A stretch of DNA of 32,000 nucleotides. Origin: an archaeon. GTDB taxonomy: Archaea; Asgardarchaeota; Thorarchaeia; Thorarchaeales; Thorarchaeaceae. The stretch spans positions 30,001 through 62,000 of the forward strand of contig JAJRZD010000114.1 in the NCBI GenBank assembly GCA_024275415.1. The letters run 5' to 3'. A program made the translations under genes and the position numbers. Numbering within the stretch: position 1 is the stretch's first letter; each line of letters begins with the position of its first letter. Shown here piece after piece: positions 26,321 through 32,000 of the stretch. Below the pieces are notes generated by a model that was not told where the DNA came from, did no database searches, and saw only the letters and a list, made by a program, of their open reading frames with translations.

Positions 26321-28573
26321 ATGGATGTCGTAGAGGAGCATTGGTTAACTATCCGTGAAGCAGCAATTATGCTTAATGTATCTGAGAATACCTTAAGGAA
26401 TTGGGATGCAAGTGGAAAATTCAAAGCGGAACGACATCCATTGAACAACTACAGATTATATCGGGAATCTGATGTTCGAAAACTTGGGAGAATATTAACA
26501 GGTGGGAACGACGAGTATTATGAGGAAAACAAGATGGAAACGGTCTTGCGCAAGCTCTCGTTCTCTCAAACAGTGAAGCAACTGAATCGTCTTTATCGTG
26601 ATCATGACATGGATTTGATGACACGCTTTGAAGAGATTTCGAAAATACTATTTTGCAAATTCCTCGATGATCAGAAAGTGAAAAACAACAGTCGAAGCCA
26701 ATTTGCTATCAGAAATGGTGAGTCTGCACAAGATGTTTACAACAAAATTAGCAGATTCTATCTCGAGTCCCTACCTGATGGAGTAGATAGCAGAGGTGGA
26801 ATTGCCACAAATCACACTGCGATCCTTAATGCTGTAAGACTTCTGAAAACAATAGATCTCTCCGAATATGATGAGGACATCAAGGGTACAACGTACGAAG
26901 AGATGATAAAAAATACATTTGAAGCTAATGAAAATCAGCAGTACTTCACGCCTCGTCGGCTCGTGGATTTTATGGTCGAGTTGGCAAATCCACAACCTAC
27001 TGAAAATCTCTGTGATCCCGCATGTGGTACAGGAGGGTTTTTGATTGCGACTCTTAAGAAAATTCGACGTGAGATGCGGTTCGAGGAAAAGTCAAACATA
27101 GATTCTGAATTATATAATTATTCACAAGAAAAAATGCTAGGCATTGAAGTTGACTCACGTATTGCGTGGATTGCACAATTGAATTGCTACTTGCACGGTG
27201 GATCCGCCACTTCTATCCATCATCTATCGGATGGAGGCTCCCTCTCGCTTGATAATGGTTCTCTTGAAATACTACCCGACAGTTCACAGGACATAATTAT
27301 AACTAACCCTCCATTTGGTTCCGATTTTACTGATGTGAAAAATCTTGAGAGATACCGATGTGGGCAAGAAAAGAAATCTGTACGAAGAGGGGTTTTGTTC
27401 GTAGAAAGATGTCTTCGTGCACTGAAAGCCGGAGGCCGATTAGTCATAATAGTAGATGATAGTATACTTAATTCACAGAACAATGAAATGATTAGACGAG
27501 TGATCACAAAAGAATCAAATGTTTTGGCAGTGATTAGCCTCCCAGATGAAATGTTTATGCCTTACGCAACGGTGAAATCTTCTGTGTTGTTGTTGAGGAA
27601 AAAACATCCTAATGATACTAATCAAGTTCAAACTTTTATGGCCGAGCTGAAGGATATCGGAAAACGGAACATGAGAAGTACTACTTATCTCTCATCTATG
27701 ATGGACGAAGGGCCGAGTGATTTTGCACATGTACTAGATATGTGGCAGAAACATCAACTTGGTAAGAGAATAGAATCGCATGATGAATCTATATGCTTTG
27801 TATCAAGACTGGATCTAGGTAAATCAAATCCTACATGCCGTTTAGATACAACATTTCACCATCCTGCAAAAATGGCTGCCCTCGGGACACTATCATCCGC
27901 AAAGTACTCAATCCGGGCTTTGTCGGAGCTATTCACACTCAGAAATGAAACGGTTATTCCCGCAGTGTCGTACCCTGACGAAGAGATTCCATATTTGGGT
28001 CTAGCTGACATCGAGAAGGAAACAGGATGCTACCAAATCCGATTCCTAAGAGGGTCACAAATAAAAAGTGCTGTCAAAAAGTTTTACCCAGGAGATATCC
28101 TATTTGCCAAATTGCGTCCCCAATTAAGAAAAGTGGTTTTTGTTCGGGAGGAGGGTTATTGTTCATCAGAATGCTTGGTTCTTTGCCTCAAAGGAAGAAA
28201 CAATAGACCAATACAACAGACTCTTATCGAACTGCCAAATGGAACGAGTCCAGATCAACCAGGAATTGACGTTTGTCCCGAATTCATTAGTATTGTCCTC
28301 CGGAGTAATCTTGTTCAAGGTCAGATTAGACATCAGGTGACCGGCATAGGAAGACCTCGAATATCCACTAAGGTCGTTATGAGAATAAAAATACCAATAC
28401 CGCCCTTGAAAGAACAAGAAAAACTTGTAAAACAATTCCAAACCGAAGCAGAAACTGCATATGCCTTACATAAGCAGGGTGAACTGATGCTGGTCCAATC
28501 CAAACGAACACTAAAACTCGCTCACGAGAACATAATAGAATCGCTTCACAAACGCAAACCAAATAGTCTATAG
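26321..28573 (+). CDS. MerR-type HTH / N6-adenine DNA methyltransferase (HsdM-like) / single TRD (HsdS-like) fusion
   Basis: LTIREAAIMLNVSENTLRNWD..G...RHP.NNYRLY (HTH). QYFTPR, DPACGTGGFL and NPPF (MTase). ILFAKLRP, GIGRPRI and IPIPPLKEQEKLV (TRD and conserved helix). Confidence 0.9.
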   Translation: MDVVEEHWLTIREAAIMLNVSENTLRNWDASGKFKAERHPLNNYRLYRESDVRKLGRILTGGNDEYYEENKMETVLRKLSFSQTVKQLNRLYRDHDMDLMTRFEEISKILFCKFLDDQKVKNNSRSQFAIRNGESAQDVYNKISRFYLESLPDGVDSRGGIATNHTAILNAVRLLKTIDLSEYDEDIKGTTYEEMIKNTFEANENQQYFTPRRLVDFMVELANPQPTENLCDPACGTGGFLIATLKKIRREMRFEEKSNIDSELYNYSQEKMLGIEVDSRIAWIAQLNCYLHGGSATSIHHLSDGGSLSLDNGSLEILPDSSQDIIITNPPFGSDFTDVKNLERYRCGQEKKSVRRGVLFVERCLRALKAGGRLVIIVDDSILNSQNNEMIRRVITKESNVLAVISLPDEMFMPYATVKSSVLLLRKKHPNDTNQVQTFMAELKDIGKRNMRSTTYLSSMMDEGPSDFAHVLDMWQKHQLGKRIESHDESICFVSRLDLGKSNPTCRLDTTFHHPAKMAALGTLSSAKYSIRALSELFTLRNETVIPAVSYPDEEIPYLGLADIEKETGCYQIRFLRGSQIKSAVKKFYPGDILFAKLRPQLRKVVFVREEGYCSSECLVLCLKGRNNRPIQQTLIELPNGTSPDQPGIDVCPEFISIVLRSNLVQGQIRHQVTGIGRPRISTKVVMRIKIPIPPLKEQEKLVKQFQTEAETAYALHKQGELMLVQSKRTLKLAHENIIESLHKRKPNSL

Positions 28574-29596
28574 GTGCCTTTTAAGTATCTCCCAAATCTC
28601 ATCATCAGTGAGGAGATTCATTTTCTTCATACTATCTTGTTTTGCTTTGCCAGCATATATAGTGCATTGGAACTTTGGGTTGATCAAAATCCACCATTGG
28701 TTTTCAATGGAAATTGTGTCCATTATTGTGCTGCGTACTGGTACGTTATCGATAATATCCGTATAACGGAATACAAGAGCAAACTTGTTACCATTTTTTT
28801 CAATGTCAAGCCAACTGAAACATTTTGTATTGTCATGGCGTATTGACGTTATAGCTTGATTTTCATCAGCAATTTTCATGACGCGTTCGAGAAAGTACTC
28901 CGCCCTCGTTTTATCAAAGTTCTTAAGAAATAACCTAAAGTCATTGATTTCTCTTCTCTCCGAGTCACTAAAATAATGTGATTTTAGAATATCTGATTTA
29001 ATTGATTTTGCAATTCGACCAAGCTTGCCCAAATTCTCTTCTTCTCGTTTCCAATACCCATTACCTTTCAGGGAAGCGCCATCAAGTAGGATCTGCGTGC
29101 TATCGGCCTTCAACCATCCATAGTTTCTCATCTTTGCAATGGCCCTTGCCTCAAATACGCCTACATCCAAGATATTTGGATGAAAGCTATCATAGGTTTC
29201 AGTATTCTCATAAACAATTATCATCAATAATCCTGACGGGGGTATCCAAGCAATTGGTGTTGTGAGATTTCCTGCATATTCTTCGGCATTCAAATCAAGA
29301 CATTTTATTTCAATCCAATACATCTTATCCCCAAGTTTTAGATATATATCTCCAAACCTGTTGGAAACAATATAACCTGAAGATCCTTCACCAAGTATAT
29401 CATTTAGCATATGAGGCATTGAATATTCCAAGAGTATTCCAATCCGGCCTCTTCGATCAGTTAGATTACGATTATTCATCACCCGCGGAAATGAAGCCTC
29501 CGTGGACATTAAATCCCTAGCAAGTTGATTAAGCCTTGAAAGAAGATTATCCTTCTGAATTCCAAATCTGTATATGCCTTGTTGGATATCTATCAT
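28568..29596 (-). CDS. Putative PD-(D/E)xK restriction endonuclease
   Basis: EYS...FGDIYL...WIEIKC catalytic-type motif; convergent with the MTase. Confidence 0.6.
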   Translation of the reverse strand: MIDIQQGIYRFGIQKDNLLSRLNQLARDLMSTEASFPRVMNNRNLTDRRGRIGILLEYSMPHMLNDILGEGSSGYIVSNRFGDIYLKLGDKMYWIEIKCLDLNAEEYAGNLTTPIAWIPPSGLLMIIVYENTETYDSFHPNILDVGVFEARAIAKMRNYGWLKADSTQILLDGASLKGNGYWKREEENLGKLGRIAKSIKSDILKSHYFSDSERREINDFRLFLKNFDKTRAEYFLERVMKIADENQAITSIRHDNTKCFSWLDIEKNGNKFALVFRYTDIIDNVPVRSTIMDTISIENQWWILINPKFQCTIYAGKAKQDSMKKMNLLTDDEIWEILKRHL

Positions 29597-30082
29597 TCAT
29601 TTCACCTCTGTTCGCTCCTTTATATGAATCCGAATTCTCTCAATTTGAAGATAGAATTCATCAGAATAGCCATCACTAATACCACAACAATATGAAATGA
29701 ACCTGACAAAATCAAGTCTAAAGGGATATCTGCAGTCATCCCATACTAATTCAAAAGACTTCCCATCATCCTCGTCACTCTCAATTATCGTTCCAACTAG
29801 TTCATATCCCACTTCCTTGAATTTTTCCTCCCTCCTGTTAGAAAACTTTTTCATTATCAGAGAAACACACTCGTTATTTTTGACAAGATGAAAAACGAAC
29901 TTTCTAACACATTTCTTCTTCAATTTTGTTCGAAACTCTGCGGGACAAAAGATTATCTCAATTATGTCTCCTTTTGGGTCATCAAATTTACTCTCTAACA
30001 CTTGATGGGTATATTTACCCTGCGAAACATCCTTTGATAATTGTGCTGCTTGATTCAAGGCATCTATCAATGCTGCTATCAT
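29597..30082 (-). CDS. Hypothetical protein translationally coupled to the nuclease
   Basis: 161-aa ORF whose TGA abuts the nuclease ATG, with SD GAGGTGA inside its last codons. Confidence 0.65.
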   Translation of the reverse strand: MIAALIDALNQAAQLSKDVSQGKYTHQVLESKFDDPKGDIIEIIFCPAEFRTKLKKKCVRKFVFHLVKNNECVSLIMKKFSNRREEKFKEVGYELVGTIIESDEDDGKSFELVWDDCRYPFRLDFVRFISYCCGISDGYSDEFYLQIERIRIHIKERTEVK

Positions 30083-30267
30083 ATTCCCACAGATTGTGTG
30101 CCATAATTTGAAATAGAATAATACACAACCAAGTTATCCTTCAGGAATGGATGTCTGAATCTGAACACATAGAGTGTAGAGTGTCTGAATTTGGCACACA
30201 CAAAGGGGCAATAGTCCGCAAGTACTAAATACGGTTCGGGCAATCCACCGTATTGAGTTGTATGTAC

Positions 30268-30647
30268 ATGATAGAGAGGAGGTTAACCCCTAAGATATTC
30301 TGCTTGTAGTTGCTGTATCTTTGTTAATGATTCCCATTGTATCAGCACAGACAACATTGTATCCGAATGCGACTCTTGAAAATGAGTCGATGTGGGGAAG
30401 GAACGAGGTAGCTTACGAAAGCAACCTTTACCAAGTATCTCTTGAAGATGGACATTGGACTGTTGTAGTTCAAACCACGTTTGACCTTGAAGTGAAAATC
30501 ACTGTTGCGACAGATAGTAATATGAATAACACGATAGCTACGAGTGGGTCTGATTGGGGGAACTTTCCTCGGGTAGACTTCGACCTTGCTTCCAATGATA
30601 CGGTGGCGGTCAGATACCGAATCGGGATACGCCTAGGTGGAAGATAG
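30268..30647 (+). pseudogene. Secreted/surface protein remnant with a frameshift inside the signal peptide
   Basis: MIERRLTPK (from 30268) continues after a -1 shift at ~30295 as ILLVVAVSLLMIPIVSA-Q. The beta-rich mature part stops abruptly at TAG 30647. Confidence 0.5.
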
Positions 30648-30733
30648 TCGATTGTGTTGTGCTGGAAACGATGGGTGTAAGGTCATAGCCGAATGGAGTA
30701 ATGTTTTATGGAACGAGGCCTACATGAGAGGTC

Positions 30734-31939
30734 ATGACCTCTGAGGAAGTTTCGAAGGTATATTTCGGTTCAATAATACATGGCAACCCTGGAGCTTTTG
30801 CTTCGATCACAGCCAAGCTGGACAAAATCATTGAGGAATTGGATTTCTCTACCATTGACAAGAAGGACAAGGTTGCCATCAAGATGCATCTGGGCTTTAG
30901 AGATGGCTACCAGACAGTCCCTGTCTTCTTCGTACGCCGTGTCGTAGAAGCGGTGAAGGCTGTCGGAGCATTCCCGTTCGTCACGGACAATCCAACCGCC
31001 GTGTACAACGCTGCTGAAAGAGGTTACACATCTGAGACGTGTGGATGCCCTATCATCCCAATCGCAGGTGTCAAGGACGGCTATACAGAAAAGGTCGAGT
31101 TCAACTTCCATAATGTGGACTCTCTCGAGCTCTCAGGCGTGTTGCGAGATGCAGATGCATTGATTGACCTCACCCATGTCAAGGGGCACAACTCTTGTGG
31201 GTACGGAGGAGCCGTTAAGAACATCGCTTTGGGAGGGTATCATGGTCCGAGCCGGTGGAGAAAGATCCATGGCGTAGAGTCAAGCATTCCCTACTGGGAC
31301 CCTGAGAAGTGCACTCCCGAACACGCCAAGAAGCTCGTGGAGGCATGTCCTGACGGACACATCAAATATGATGAAGACAACCACAAGTTGAATGTCGCCT
31401 TTGGTATGTGCAATCAATGTCTCAAATGCATGGATGCCGACAAAGATGTAGGATGCTTGGATCTCAAACCCGAGAACTACGCGCTGTTCCAAGAACTCAT
31501 GGCAAAGGGAGCAAAGGCTGTGTTAGACACCTTTGACATGAACAAGGTGTTCTTCTTGAATTTCTTGATAGACATCACCGCACTTTGTGACTGCTGGGGA
31601 ATTGGGCAACCGCCAGTTGTGAATGATATCGGTATTCTTGGGAGCAGGGATATTGCCGCTATCGAGCAGGCTACACTTGATCTCATCGCAAAAGAAGGAC
31701 TTATCGAGAGCATGATCCCTCCGTTCTTTAGAAACCTCAACCTTGACCCTGCAGACGACCTCCATCCATTCCAACGGCTCCATGGCCCTTGGAAAGACCC
31801 TTACCTGACCCCGAAGTACTGTGAAGAACTGGGTCTTGGAAAGAGTGACTATGAACTTGTGGAAATCCTCTCGGTAGACGAGGTGCGAGGTATGAAAGCT
31901 CCTTCAGGGGTTAGCGAAACCCAGCCATCATTCTTTTGA
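30734..31939 (+). CDS. DUF362 family iron-sulfur protein
   Basis: KVAIKMHLG, LTHVKGH, GGAVKNIALG, ferredoxin-like CP...CNQCLKC, and CDC. Confidence 0.88.
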   Translation: MTSEEVSKVYFGSIIHGNPGAFASITAKLDKIIEELDFSTIDKKDKVAIKMHLGFRDGYQTVPVFFVRRVVEAVKAVGAFPFVTDNPTAVYNAAERGYTSETCGCPIIPIAGVKDGYTEKVEFNFHNVDSLELSGVLRDADALIDLTHVKGHNSCGYGGAVKNIALGGYHGPSRWRKIHGVESSIPYWDPEKCTPEHAKKLVEACPDGHIKYDEDNHKLNVAFGMCNQCLKCMDADKDVGCLDLKPENYALFQELMAKGAKAVLDTFDMNKVFFLNFLIDITALCDCWGIGQPPVVNDIGILGSRDIAAIEQATLDLIAKEGLIESMIPPFFRNLNLDPADDLHPFQRLHGPWKDPYLTPKYCEELGLGKSDYELVEILSVDEVRGMKAPSGVSETQPSFF

Positions 31940-32000
31940 AATCAACTGTTTCACATAAGTAGAATATTGCTACAGCGTCTGCAGGAAAAAAGAAGTACGG

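Larger units (their letters stand above)
26091..30175. mobile_element. Putative low-GC defence island (restriction-modification)
   Basis: Sampled 60-mers are ~32-42% GC versus ~53% in the DUF362 gene. Flanked by the direct repeat ACACATAGAGT (26091, 30165). No integrase is present. Confidence 0.4.

Noticed and set aside
1-32000. Genome-wide reassignment of TAG
   Set aside because: Many clearly complete genes end in TAG (5461, 5430, 9402, 9404, 11959, 19892, 28573, 28568), several abutting convergent neighbours.

Overview
Archaeal chromosomal window; an Asgard/Thorarchaeia-like origin is inferred from gene content and protein style, not from a marker gene. Left to right: (1) a partial FAD-dependent oxidoreductase, divergent from a coupled corrinoid protein / UroD-MtaA-like protein / soluble histidine kinase operon; (2) ECF S-component-like, pcp, LysE and DUF389 genes; (3) a signalling cluster with an ArsR regulator, three KaiC/RAD55/GvpD-type ATPase genes (one split by an in-frame TAG), three stand-alone receivers and a TPR protein; (4) a ~1 kb AT-rich gap; (5) two MNT-HEPN toxin-antitoxin pairs bracketing larB and a geranylgeranyl-reductase-family gene; (6) convergent LRR and HEAT-repeat genes that share an unnamed ~45-aa motif; (7) a DUF106 (EMC3/TMCO1) insertase; (8) a low-GC restriction-modification island with an HTH-MTase-TRD fusion and a PD-(D/E)xK nuclease; (9) a frameshifted secreted-protein remnant and a DUF362 Fe-S protein. 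A palindromic motif GTAMACGTKTAC is clustered in two divergent intergenic regions. I found no rRNA, tRNA, CRISPR array or transposase. All family assignments come from motif recognition by eye; no database searches were run.
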